A DNA stretch of 64,000 bases from Patescibacteria group bacterium (GCA_040384285.1 JAZKJN010000006.1:46709-110708), one strand, 5' to 3'; shown: positions 44,965-54,441, counted from the first letter of the stretch. The notes: generated by a model from the sequence alone, not told the origin. Translations and numbers: made by a program.

Positions 44965-47900
44965 CTATCTCGAAATAACGCCTAAGGGTATGAAGTTTCT
45001 ATAAACTTTTGAAACCTGAAGGTAGACTGACTCAACTACTTGTTCTAACTCCTCTTTATCCATCAGGCCCTTTTGTAATAGCAAAAGACGCACGTTTTGT
45101 CGTATTCGTGCTTTTATTGTTTCATTATTATTCCAATCAATAACAAGGTCTCTTCGAATACGTTTTACCAACTCTTTCGTGAATTCTTTAAAATCTATAT
45201 CCGATTTCTTTAGATAGGGGTCTGCCACAAGAGTGTCGTAGAAGCTTATTTCTTCGTATGACAATCCCAGGTCCTTGACCTCTCCATCAAGTTTTTTGAT
45301 TTCATCTGCAATTTCAAGAAGTCTTTTAATTATCTCTGCGGAACTAATCACGTTATTTTCGTAACTTTCGATCAAGGAGGTTAGGAGTGTGAGCATGGTC
45401 TCATATCGAGCCTTATTCATCTTCATTCGAGAGACTATTTCTTGATCGAGCAATTTGCGGACAGCATCAACTGCGAAGTTTTGAAATCTGACCTTCTTTA
45501 TTTCTTCCACAAATTTCGCATCAAATATTGAGATGCTCTTTGACTGCCCATCCTTAGCGAACAAGTCGATAACTCCTTCAGCTTGAATTGAATCCTGGAC
45601 AAGACTACGAATTGCGCTCTCTGTTTCTTCTGGAAACACAACTTTCGGCACAAGAGTTTGTTTGTTAATTCCTTCTTTAATTGCCTGCAGAAATTGCACG
45701 TCAGTTACGATATCCATTCCAGCCTGAGAAGGCATCACGAGAGCATGAAGTTTAGATAAATGATTTACTGTAGCGATATATTTCATCTTCTGATCATCCG
45801 AAAGTCGATCGTCTTTTGAAATAACCTCATTGATACACTCCTGCAACAAATTAGATAGGTCTATTCCCCTTAGATCTCTCCAACCTTTAAATTTCACTTC
45901 ACCCAAGAAAGCAATAGCTTCTCGATGGGCCTTTTTCATCTCTGAAATAATTTCATCAAGTGGTAGTAATGCATTCTTTTGAATATCAGAATCATACATC
46001 GCCAGAGCTTTCTTTAGGTTTTCAGCGATACCAATATAATCCACAATCAGACCACCTGGCTTATCTTTATACACCCGGTTCACTCGAGCAATCGCTTGCA
46101 TGAGGCCGTGATTCTTCAGGGGCTTATCGAGATACATCGTATGCGCACTTGGCACGTCAAAACCCGTCAGCCACATATCACACACAATAGCTATTTTGAG
46201 AGAGTCACTCGTTTTTTTAAATCGTTTTTCTAATTTCTTTACATCTCGCTCTGATTGAATATCACTTGCAAACTCATCACTATTTGAAATCACTACAGCA
46301 CACTCAGGTGCACCTGATATCTTTTGTATCTCTTTATACATAGATACAGCGATTCGACGACTCATAGTAACCACCATCGCCTTGCCCTCAATAGGTCGAT
46401 TATTATAGTGATTCACTATGTCTTTTGCTATCTGTTCGATACGACTTTGAGATCCGACCACTTCTTCAAGCACCGCCCATTCTTTACGAGCTTTTGCTTT
46501 TTCATCTACAATTATTTCTCCTAAGATATCATCGAACTTTGAATCAATAAATTTATCGGCGAGATGGAGTGGAACGAGCCTACCTTCATAATATATAGGG
46601 ACTGTCGCACCGTCTTCTACAGACTGCCCAATTTTGTATGAACTAATTATAGATCCGAACTCTTTCTGAGTAACTCTATTGTCTTGTGCAATAGGAGTTC
46701 CTGTAACTCCCAGGAGACTTGCGTTAGGAAGTGCTTTTCTCAATATTCCAGCAAAAATACTGTACTGTGATCTGTGTGCTTCATCGGCAATAACAATAAG
46801 ATTCTCTCTCGTTGAAAGAATGGCCACATTGTCAGGATCATCCTGAAACTTTTGTATGGTTGTAAAAATCAATTCGCCCCCAATTTTTTCTAGCTTTGAT
46901 TTTAAATCGCGAATACTATCTGCCCTCTTTGCAAATGTCTCGTATCCAGTACGTTTGAATGTTTTATAAAGTTGATCGTCTAGGTCTTCACGATCAGTCA
47001 AAAATACATACGCAGGACTTTTAAGTTCTTCAATATTTTTTGTCTTATTCACATAGAAAACCATGGAGAGTGATTTACCAGACCCCTGTGTGTGCCAGAA
47101 AACTCCAATTTTACGATCTTGTTCACCTCGTATCGAGCGTAGGGTACTTTCCACGGTCGCATTTACTCCATAGTACTGATGATATAAACACATCTTCTTG
47201 GTAAATGTTACGGCCTCACCGTCCCCGTCAGCTTCAAATACAAGGAAGTTTTGCAGTACATCCAGAAAACGCACTTTATCCAATAATCCTTTTGTTAATA
47301 TTTCTAGCTGGTTTGAGTTCTTTGGTGCATCGGTCGGAGATGTAATACCTTTCCATGTTCCATACCTTTCCCACGATGAAGAAATGGTCCCGTGTCGAGC
47401 GTTAAGAAGATCCGACAATCCAATAACTTGATTGTACAAAAACAATTTTGGAATTTCTTTTTTATAGCGCTCTATTTGTCGATACGCTTCACCAATATGA
47501 GCAGATTCTCGCACAGCACTCTTCAATTCGAATACAGTGAGGGGTAGACCGTTCACGAAGATAACGAGGTCGAGACGGGAGATAGCATCAATACCTTGTA
47601 CGGTAAATTGATTTACTGCTAGAAATTCATTTGCGGAAGGCTCCTTAAAATCTATGAGCTTCACGAGTTCTGTTTTTTCTTCTCCATCCTCTCGGAAAGT
47701 AACTTTTTTCCCATTTACAATCCATGAATACATCTCCTTGTTACCGAGCATGGGGTCACTGTGAGAGTAATCTGCTATTTCCTTTACAATGACTTCTGCT
47801 TGTTCTGCTGGTAGAGATGGGTTGATTCTTCGAACTGCCCCGAGCAGGCGATCTTTCAAAACAACGCCTTGAAAATCCTCACGTTCTGACTGAGCTTGTC

Positions 47901-48000
47901 CCGGATTGATATCTGGGCCATAGACATGCTCATACCCCTGAGCCTTAAGCCAGCCGATGAGGGATTGTTCTGTTAAATTGTTTTCATTGAAGGGGTTCAT
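44965..48000 (-). CDS. hsdR: Type I restriction endonuclease subunit R
   Basis: DLVIFVNGLP...ELK and QxxRY nuclease motifs, HTQGSGKS, DEAHRSQY, MWLTGFD, QAIARVNR. Confidence 0.96.
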   Translation of the reverse strand: MNPFNENNLTEQSLIGWLKAQGYEHVYGPDINPGQAQSEREDFQGVVLKDRLLGAVRRINPSLPAEQAEVIVKEIADYSHSDPMLGNKEMYSWIVNGKKVTFREDGEEKTELVKLIDFKEPSANEFLAVNQFTVQGIDAISRLDLVIFVNGLPLTVFELKSAVRESAHIGEAYRQIERYKKEIPKLFLYNQVIGLSDLLNARHGTISSSWERYGTWKGITSPTDAPKNSNQLEILTKGLLDKVRFLDVLQNFLVFEADGDGEAVTFTKKMCLYHQYYGVNATVESTLRSIRGEQDRKIGVFWHTQGSGKSLSMVFYVNKTKNIEELKSPAYVFLTDREDLDDQLYKTFKRTGYETFAKRADSIRDLKSKLEKIGGELIFTTIQKFQDDPDNVAILSTRENLIVIADEAHRSQYSIFAGILRKALPNASLLGVTGTPIAQDNRVTQKEFGSIISSYKIGQSVEDGATVPIYYEGRLVPLHLADKFIDSKFDDILGEIIVDEKAKARKEWAVLEEVVGSQSRIEQIAKDIVNHYNNRPIEGKAMVVTMSRRIAVSMYKEIQKISGAPECAVVISNSDEFASDIQSERDVKKLEKRFKKTSDSLKIAIVCDMWLTGFDVPSAHTMYLDKPLKNHGLMQAIARVNRVYKDKPGGLIVDYIGIAENLKKALAMYDSDIQKNALLPLDEIISEMKKAHREAIAFLGEVKFKGWRDLRGIDLSNLLQECINEVISKDDRLSDDQKMKYIATVNHLSKLHALVMPSQAGMDIVTDVQFLQAIKEGINKQTLVPKVVFPEETESAIRSLVQDSIQAEGVIDLFAKDGQSKSISIFDAKFVEEIKKVRFQNFAVDAVRKLLDQEIVSRMKMNKARYETMLTLLTSLIESYENNVISSAEIIKRLLEIADEIKKLDGEVKDLGLSYEEISFYDTLVADPYLKKSDIDFKEFTKELVKRIRRDLVIDWNNNETIKARIRQNVRLLLLQKGLMDKEELEQVVESVYLQVSKVYRNFIPLGVISR

Positions 48001-48358
48001 GTTTTTTATATCTATCAGAAAAGACTATCACAGTGTAAAGTATAATTCCCGAAACGATAATTCCTGCACCCCATTCTATCTGATTATTAGTAAGTAAATT
48101 AACTCCGACTCCACCGCATACTACTGAAACCACGAACTTTAATATTTCATGAAAAATTAAAGTATGATTCCTACTTACCTGCACAGCATTAGTTTTATCG
48201 GCTTCATGATATTTACCTCGGTAATTCTCGAGCTCGTCCTGAGTCGTTTTTAATGATTTTTCTAATATCTTAACTTTTTCTGCCATTAACTTAAAAGCGG
48301 CAGTAGTTTTCTGCTCCTTAGGTGTAAGTCCATTTCCATTTTTATGTTTACTCGGCAT
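47984..48358 (-). CDS. Coiled-coil plus 2TM hypothetical protein (RM cargo)
   Basis: ATG 2 nt after the upstream stop; heptad region then two hydrophobic helices; overlaps the hsdR start. Confidence 0.75.
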   Translation of the reverse strand: MPSKHKNGNGLTPKEQKTTAAFKLMAEKVKILEKSLKTTQDELENYRGKYHEADKTNAVQVSRNHTLIFHEILKFVVSVVCGGVGVNLLTNNQIEWGAGIIVSGIILYTVIVFSDRYKKHEPLQ

Positions 48359-48360
48359 AT

Positions 48361-48732
48361 CTATTGGAAAAATAAACTTATAGGATCTCGTTGTGACCAA
48401 GAAAAACTTTTCAGCGGCTTTAGAGGGACATGTTGTGTAAGCGGTCTAAGGGGTGCCAACTCCACAAACCCCGGAAAGGGTTTAAGTTGTTTGAATGGAA
48501 AAAGGGGGGCAGGATAATCTATAGGTTTTTCACCAAAACCCACCACGTAACCATCCCGATCCCGCATTACATCGTTCTGAATCCATCCAACATATTCACC
48601 TGAATAGTTAAAAAGGTTTTCCCCCTTGATAAAGCCTATATTTTTTCCAGAAAAAGAAACTAGCCGCCAGTCACTAAGGAGGCGTAATACTGGTGCACCG
48701 TAACGATTGTAAATTACATTAATTTCTTTCAT
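48361..48732 (-). CDS. 4-fold beta-flower-like protein with Pro-rich tail (RM cargo)
   Basis: Four repeats of aromatic-x-x-x-G-x-x-hydrophobic-G (YNRYG, SFSGKNIG, NYSGEYVG, DRDGYVVG), then Pro-periodic tail ending in WS. Confidence 0.7.
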   Translation of the reverse strand: MKEINVIYNRYGAPVLRLLSDWRLVSFSGKNIGFIKGENLFNYSGEYVGWIQNDVMRDRDGYVVGFGEKPIDYPAPLFPFKQLKPFPGFVELAPLRPLTQHVPLKPLKSFSWSQRDPISLFFQ

Positions 48733-48736
48733 GGAT

Positions 48737-49918
48737 TTAAATTAATTTTACAAGTAATCTCTCTCTCATTTTTGCTAGATTCTTTTTTTCTTTATCGAGT
48801 ACCTTAATTCTTTTCTTCATAGAATTAACCATGAGTTCAAATTTTATTAACACAGTTTCTTCTGGAACTATAATCAGAATGGAGTTAAGATTTTGTTGAG
48901 TAATCTTTGGCTGCACTCCACCTGTGATGTAAGAATCTATGTTTATATTTCTTATTGATAAATATAGAAAATAATTTGATACCTTATCTCCCGAGATTAT
49001 ATGAGCATGATTATTCACCCAAAAATCACCGTCGACCAAGTGAATGACAGGGGTATTTTTTCTTGTTTTTACACTTCCGTCCTCAGCAAATAATATATAT
49101 TCACCAGAAAATATTGACTTGTCGACATAATCAAGGACTCCATTTGCTCCATAGTAGGGGATTTTACCTCTTCGTTTATTTCTTTGCATAGAAGAGAGCG
49201 GGATCCTTTTATTGTCATGATTTTTTGAAATATTACCTAGAGAAGAGACTTCCCACCCCTGTGGAATCTTCCCCAAATCACTATCAACCATTCTTATTTT
49301 TTCCCATCCAGGAAAGCGGAAATTTATAAACCATTCATCAAAGAGGGCTTGTGCCACAGTCTCAAGGTTTTTAATTATTTTGTGATTATTTTCAATCTTT
49401 TCATCATATACATTCAAAATCTCTGCGATTCTTTTTTGAGTTGAGATATCTGGTACAGAAACGCTCACATGTTCAAAACTATCCTTAGTAATAGTATCAA
49501 AAACAGCACCGTGCACTATTTGTGTTAATTTAGGTATAGATGATTTGAGTAAATAGTATAGGTAACTTTGATCCATGTCTCTTTTAGCTCTAATACCGTA
49601 ACATGATTGATTAAACGCCATCGGACGAGATAATTGCGCCAAAGCACCCACGGTACCTCTGGCAGAAATGATAATATCGCCTTTATCTAGAACTCGCGTT
49701 GAAGAATTTTCTACCCCCACCTGAGTAATCTTTTTCTCCGCATTTGAAACCCATCTAAAATCATTATTGAAATCGACTACCGACAACCATGGAACGTCTC
49801 CATTCCAATATTCTTTTACCGTTGTCTTTGGAGTTCCACCTCCAACAAGATCAATGAACGAGGACAAGGCCCCTGTTCTCTTATTTGAAGTATTTATTTT
49901 TTCCAGTAATTTACTCAT
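48737..49918 (-). CDS. hsdS: Type I RM specificity subunit
   Basis: Two TRDs (GGGTP..., IPYYGANG...) separated by conserved QKRIAEIL...EWF...LGKIPQGWEV; AT-rich. Confidence 0.93.
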   Translation of the reverse strand: MSKLLEKINTSNKRTGALSSFIDLVGGGTPKTTVKEYWNGDVPWLSVVDFNNDFRWVSNAEKKITQVGVENSSTRVLDKGDIIISARGTVGALAQLSRPMAFNQSCYGIRAKRDMDQSYLYYLLKSSIPKLTQIVHGAVFDTITKDSFEHVSVSVPDISTQKRIAEILNVYDEKIENNHKIIKNLETVAQALFDEWFINFRFPGWEKIRMVDSDLGKIPQGWEVSSLGNISKNHDNKRIPLSSMQRNKRRGKIPYYGANGVLDYVDKSIFSGEYILFAEDGSVKTRKNTPVIHLVDGDFWVNNHAHIISGDKVSNYFLYLSIRNINIDSYITGGVQPKITQQNLNSILIIVPEETVLIKFELMVNSMKKRIKVLDKEKKNLAKMRERLLVKLI

Positions 49919-49920
49919 AA

Positions 49921-51714
49921 TTAAAATCCAAGTTCCTTAAGATTCTTTTCGATCTCTTTTTCAAGCTCTCGACCTTTTATAAATTGCTCCCGAAGCTCAC
50001 CTGAAAGCTTACTCATTTTTTCTTCAAATGAAATTCCATCATCTTCAATGTCCGCAAGCCCGACATATCTACCAGGAGTGAGGACGTATCCATTCTTTTT
50101 TATTTCCTCCGCATTTGCAGATTTACAGAAACCTAAAACATCTTTATATTTTGGCACTCCTGATTCCCCGCGCCATGCACTGACGGTGTCTGTAATTTTT
50201 CTAACATGATCCTCATTGAAAATTACTTGTTTACGAGAAATCTGCTCAAAGATTTCTCGAGCATCAATAAAGAGAGTCTCTCCCTTTCGTTTTCGAAAGC
50301 GGTCCCCTCCTTTATTTTTTGCCAAGAACCAAAGTGACACCGGCAGCGATACATTATAGAAAAGTTTGGAAGGACAAGATACTATCACATCTACCAGGTC
50401 AGCTTCGACAAGTTTTTGTCGAAGATCTCCTTCCTTACCCGACACAGCTAATGCACCGTTTGGCATAACGAATCCCGCCTGTCCCTTTGGTGAGAGATGG
50501 TGAATGAAGTGTTGCACCCACATAAAGTTTGCATTTCCAGATGGAGGTGTACCAAGCGTGATGCGAGGGTCATTATCAGAAAGCTTCGACGGTTCCCATT
50601 CTGCGTTAAATGGTGGGTTCGCAATGATAAAATCTGCTTGGAGGTGGGGAAATTTGTCTTGATAATAAGTATTACCTAGCTCGATCTTTCCGGAAAGTCC
50701 ACGGATAGCGAGGTTCATTTTACAAAGACGAAGAGTGGTTTGATTGCTCTCTTGACCACTAATTGCCAGCTTTGACGGATCCATCTTTTGTTCTCGTAAA
50801 TACTGCCCCATGGACACAAACATTCCTCCGCTACCACATGCAGGGTCCATTACCCTTGCATTTTCATAAGGCTTGAGGATTTCTACAAGTAATTTAACAA
50901 TAGAGCGTGGCGTGAAAAATTCGCCTCCACGTCTTCCTTCAGATGAGGCAAATTGACCCAAGAAATATTCGTAGATACGTCCCAAGATATCTTTTTCTCT
51001 ATCAAAATCATGATCAAAAGAAATTTGTGAAAATATGTTGACGAGTTCGCCTAGAACTGTGTGGTCAAGATTGGTTTTTGTGTATACGCGAGGAAGCACA
51101 TTTTCAAGCTGTAAGAGATTGTCTTTCTCAATAAGCTCCATTGCATTATCAAGAATTTTTCCCAATTCCGGACTCATCACCTTTGTTTGCAGATATTCCC
51201 ATCGGGATTTAGTGGGTACATAGAACACACCCTCAGAGGTGTAGAAGTCCTTTGTTTCAAGGATTGCCTTGCGTGCTTCCTCAGTCGTTACATAAAAATC
51301 CTCATCTTTGGGATTAGAAGTCTTTTCAGTGAGAACTTCACGACGTTTATAAAAAGAATCTGAAATATATTTCAAAAAAAGTAGCCCCAGAACAATATTT
51401 TTATATTCAGATACATCGATATTTCCCCGAAGTCTGTCGGCGGCTGCCCAAAGCTCCTTTTCAAACCCAAGATCGTGATGATTATTCTTTGTAAGAACAT
51501 TTTCCGTATTTTTCTTTTGTTCATTCTGAATACGATCTTGTATCTCCTTTGAAAGAGAAGATTTGGGTATTAGGTATGTTGGTTTTGAAGAATCTCCGAC
51601 ATTCTCAGCCTTAATTTCACCTTTTTTGATCTTTTGATGCACGGCAATACGGGTAATACCTAGCATCTTGGCTAGCTGTGTTGGAGTTACAAATTTGGAT
51701 TTATCGATTGACAT
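49921..51714 (-). CDS. hsdM: Type I RM N6-adenine methyltransferase with N-terminal HTH fusion
   Basis: LWAAADRLRG, GEFFTP, DPACGSGG, NPPF; extra N-terminal TPTQLAKMLGITRIAVHQKIKKGEIKA. Confidence 0.96.
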   Translation of the reverse strand: MSIDKSKFVTPTQLAKMLGITRIAVHQKIKKGEIKAENVGDSSKPTYLIPKSSLSKEIQDRIQNEQKKNTENVLTKNNHHDLGFEKELWAAADRLRGNIDVSEYKNIVLGLLFLKYISDSFYKRREVLTEKTSNPKDEDFYVTTEEARKAILETKDFYTSEGVFYVPTKSRWEYLQTKVMSPELGKILDNAMELIEKDNLLQLENVLPRVYTKTNLDHTVLGELVNIFSQISFDHDFDREKDILGRIYEYFLGQFASSEGRRGGEFFTPRSIVKLLVEILKPYENARVMDPACGSGGMFVSMGQYLREQKMDPSKLAISGQESNQTTLRLCKMNLAIRGLSGKIELGNTYYQDKFPHLQADFIIANPPFNAEWEPSKLSDNDPRITLGTPPSGNANFMWVQHFIHHLSPKGQAGFVMPNGALAVSGKEGDLRQKLVEADLVDVIVSCPSKLFYNVSLPVSLWFLAKNKGGDRFRKRKGETLFIDAREIFEQISRKQVIFNEDHVRKITDTVSAWRGESGVPKYKDVLGFCKSANAEEIKKNGYVLTPGRYVGLADIEDDGISFEEKMSKLSGELREQFIKGRELEKEIEKNLKELGF

Positions 51715-51721
51715 ACCTACA

Positions 51722-51752
51722 AGCTTAGCAAACTACTTTACACATGTAAAGT
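51722..51752 (-). promoter_or_regulatory. hsdM promoter with overlapping inverted repeat
   Basis: TTTACA-17-TAAGCT 7 nt before ATG; ACTTTACA-N2-TGTAAAGT at 51735-51752. Confidence 0.7.
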
Positions 51753-51826
51753 CCTATATTCATAATGAGGGTGAAAAGTTAGTAATAGTCCCCTTGACTT
51801 CCCCATTAAAAATGCCATAATCGTAT

Positions 51827-52085
51827 CGCAAAGATGGAACAGGTTTCCAAAGACCAGGTAGTGGCGTGTGGGCTATCACAGTGCGAAATAGTTCACGCGA
51901 CATGTACGGGTGGAATAGAGACCAAGTCCTTTGCTGAGGTGGTATTGAAACACCAACAGTGACCAACGTACCTTAAGTGGCGACGTATGGACTGACAAAC
52001 ATCGAAAACTTGTTATTGTATCTCTGTTGAGCGGTCTAACCGTATAGAGAATGGCCACAGCGATTCGCACCGCTGTGGCTTTTTT
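51827..52085 (+). ncRNA. Candidate structured sRNA (alternatively encodes a 42-aa peptide, 51834..51962)
   Basis: TTGACT-16-CATAAT promoter, long irregular stem-loop plus hairpins, terminator 52053-52085. Confidence 0.45.
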
Positions 52086-52363
52086 ATTTTTCAACTTTAC
52101 AACCCCAAACCCCATCTGCTACTATTACGAGCACATGAAGACATCACTTCATACAAAGCGAGCAGCGATTTATACCACCCTGTTTACAGTGTGGGATTTT
52201 TCGTTCAGTGCCGGCTTGTGTGATGGTGATTCGCTCTAAGGTATGAGATGAGAGAATTACGATGATAGAAGCGGGCTCTGAACACCAGAGTCCGCTTTGT
52301 TGTATGGTACGCGTGTGCGTATCATAAAGAAACAAAGGTTCTTCACTTCAACTCATTAAACGT

Positions 52364-52798
52364 ATGAATGCTGCTAGTTTTTCTCCCTGTGTGAGTCATC
52401 GGGGCTGTGGAGGTGGACCAACCGCAGAGGAAATTGCTCGTGAGTTTCTTCTGCGAAACCCAAATCCAGAAATCCATAGAAAAAAACACACAACAACCCT
52501 GCTTCCAGAACCTGGACCCAAAGTGATTCATGGGTGGATCGCCTTACCATCTCCACGGCAATGGTTTCCGGTATATCGTTTCAAGAGTGACGCTCAGTGG
52601 ATGACTATCGCCCAGTACAACGAAGCCAAGAGAGCAGGTGCGAAGGTGGGAGATTTCTTTACCACGAAACGTGGATATGGACCCGCAGACCCCGCTCGAC
52701 ACACTCACGCATGGAGGATCACCTCGGGTAAGCGCAGAGTTCCTGTTATTGCCAAGGATGGTGTATTTGTCCCACACAATCGCGCACACGAAGACTGA
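52364..52798 (+). CDS. Hypothetical protein with long structured leader
   Basis: 144-aa ORF followed by terminator ACCACTATGG/CCATAGTGGT plus T-run. Confidence 0.55.
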   Translation: MNAASFSPCVSHRGCGGGPTAEEIAREFLLRNPNPEIHRKKHTTTLLPEPGPKVIHGWIALPSPRQWFPVYRFKSDAQWMTIAQYNEAKRAGAKVGDFFTTKRGYGPADPARHTHAWRITSGKRRVPVIAKDGVFVPHNRAHED

Positions 52799-52864
52799 AA
52801 ATTTTTGAGTCCCCTTATCACCACTATGGTTCGAGAAGTTCCATAGTGGTTTTTTATTTACTTT

Positions 52865-53467
52865 TTATTTTACCGACTTCTTTGATACTTTCTTAAAAAC
52901 TTTCTTTGCCTTTGGGGCTACTTCTTCTGAAGTTTCTGCTACAGGAGTTTCTGTTGTGATTTCAATTGCTTTTGCAATGGGAGAATTTTGTGTGAGGGCG
53001 AGAGTAAGTGTATGGATTGAAGAGATGAGCTTGTCCATCTTTACGGTCATTGCTTCCATTTTCTTTTGGAGATCTCCTGTTGTGTTGGGAGTAGGAGCTC
53101 CGGCATATGATGGCTTTGGAGAATTAAAATCTCGTTTCATCTCACTTCGTCCTTCAGTTCGGAAATCTTTTCTGTTTGATCGTTCTCCACCCATAGCAGA
53201 TCGTCCGGCAAAACAGTCACGGCAATAGACTGGCTTGTCACCGTTTGGTCGGAATGGAACTTCGCATGTCTTGCCACAGCTTGCGCATACTGCACTGTGA
53301 AGAGTTATCGGGCCTCGCTCTGCGCGTGGACCATCAAATCCTGCACGTCCTCCTCGGTCTCCTCCTCGATCACCACCACGAAAAGCTCCTCCTGGTCGGA
53401 AGGCTCCACGATTGCTACCTGTTCGTTCATCTCGTCCTCCTCGGTCATTGCTTCTGAAGTTTTTCAT
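52865..53467 (-). CDS. CxxC-x17-CxxC zinc-binding protein with RGG-rich N-terminus
   Basis: AVCASCGKTCEVPFRPNGDKPVYCRDCF; RGG/DRGG repeats. Confidence 0.9.
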   Translation of the reverse strand: MKNFRSNDRGGRDERTGSNRGAFRPGGAFRGGDRGGDRGGRAGFDGPRAERGPITLHSAVCASCGKTCEVPFRPNGDKPVYCRDCFAGRSAMGGERSNRKDFRTEGRSEMKRDFNSPKPSYAGAPTPNTTGDLQKKMEAMTVKMDKLISSIHTLTLALTQNSPIAKAIEITTETPVAETSEEVAPKAKKVFKKVSKKSVK

Positions 53468-53544
53468 ATGTGTTTGTTAGTCGCACAACAGTATCATAAA
53501 AGTTATATTTTGTCTAGGTTTTCGGTTGGAAACGTCTTTTATAC

Positions 53545-53716
53545 AAAAGAAAACCTCCCCACAAGCACAAGGCGAGTGAGGAGGAACTCATATGAGGCAA
53601 AAACGGAAAGAGCAAATAGAAATGAATGGATGAAGAGAGAGTGGATGATGTGTCGAAGCTGGGAAGCGGACACATTCACACCGTCTCATCATGGATCCAG
53701 ATCTCAAAGAACCTAC
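53545..53716 (-). ncRNA. Candidate structured leader or sRNA upstream of the CxxC-x17-CxxC gene
   Basis: TTGACT-16-TACAAT promoter, nested stems, pyrimidine tract, terminator-like hairpin 53545-53584. Confidence 0.45.
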
Positions 53717-53790
53717 GTATATATTGTATACCCGCACACAAGAAAGTCAAGCAATTTTTATAACAAAAAAACAGCGTTTCCGCTGACGAT

Positions 53791-54060
53791 TTAATGCAAA
53801 AGTTCAAGGGGTACCTGGAGGATTCTCACTGAATAGAGTCCGAGGATCTTATAGTGATCAGCAGGCGGAACTGCCCCGCCTTGTAAAGCCGTGTACTCTG
53901 CTTCGCTTTTAACCACGAGAACCTCTTCAACACCCTTTCGTAAAATGATGGCGGAGAGAGTGTACGCTCCCCCCAACAATGGAAATGGTCCGTGAATGTT
54001 GAAAATTGGACAGCCATGTTGTTTTACAAAATCAGGCCCAAAATTTGAATTCGTTTTCAT
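53791..54060 (-). CDS. Hypothetical protein
   Basis: ORF from MKTNS with downstream hairpin plus T-run. Confidence 0.5.
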   Translation of the reverse strand: MKTNSNFGPDFVKQHGCPIFNIHGPFPLLGGAYTLSAIILRKGVEEVLVVKSEAEYTALQGGAVPPADHYKILGLYSVRILQVPLELLH

Positions 54061-54146
54061 GTCTGCAGAGAATCTACAACAAGTGTATGTAAAATACAAG
54101 ACCTCTATGCTACTCTATATATAGACAACCCCGACCCCCTAAACCT

Positions 54147-54350
54147 ATGCCCTTTGCAAAAAACTTTGCCAGGACCTACGGAAAATTGCGATGTCCAGAA
54201 TTTCCACACTCGGGACGTCGCGAAGTTCCCCCACCCTGCTTCCGACTACAGATCAAAGATGTTGCTGAACTTCTCACGAGGTCAGTCCAACTTGTTAATC
54301 AAATAACGGCGGGAAGAAAATCTCGCAAGGCCTCCACCTCACGTCGATAG
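54147..54350 (+). CDS. Hypothetical protein
   Basis: 67-aa ORF filling an intergenic gap. Confidence 0.35.
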   Translation: MPFAKNFARTYGKLRCPEFPHSGRREVPPPCFRLQIKDVAELLTRSVQLVNQITAGRKSRKASTSRR

Positions 54351-54441
54351 AACCCACCCGTTCATCGCCGTTTTTTTATTACAATTTTTCTCCCCACATT
54401 TGCCTCATTTCCCTCTCTCGTGTAATACTTAGCGCAAATAT

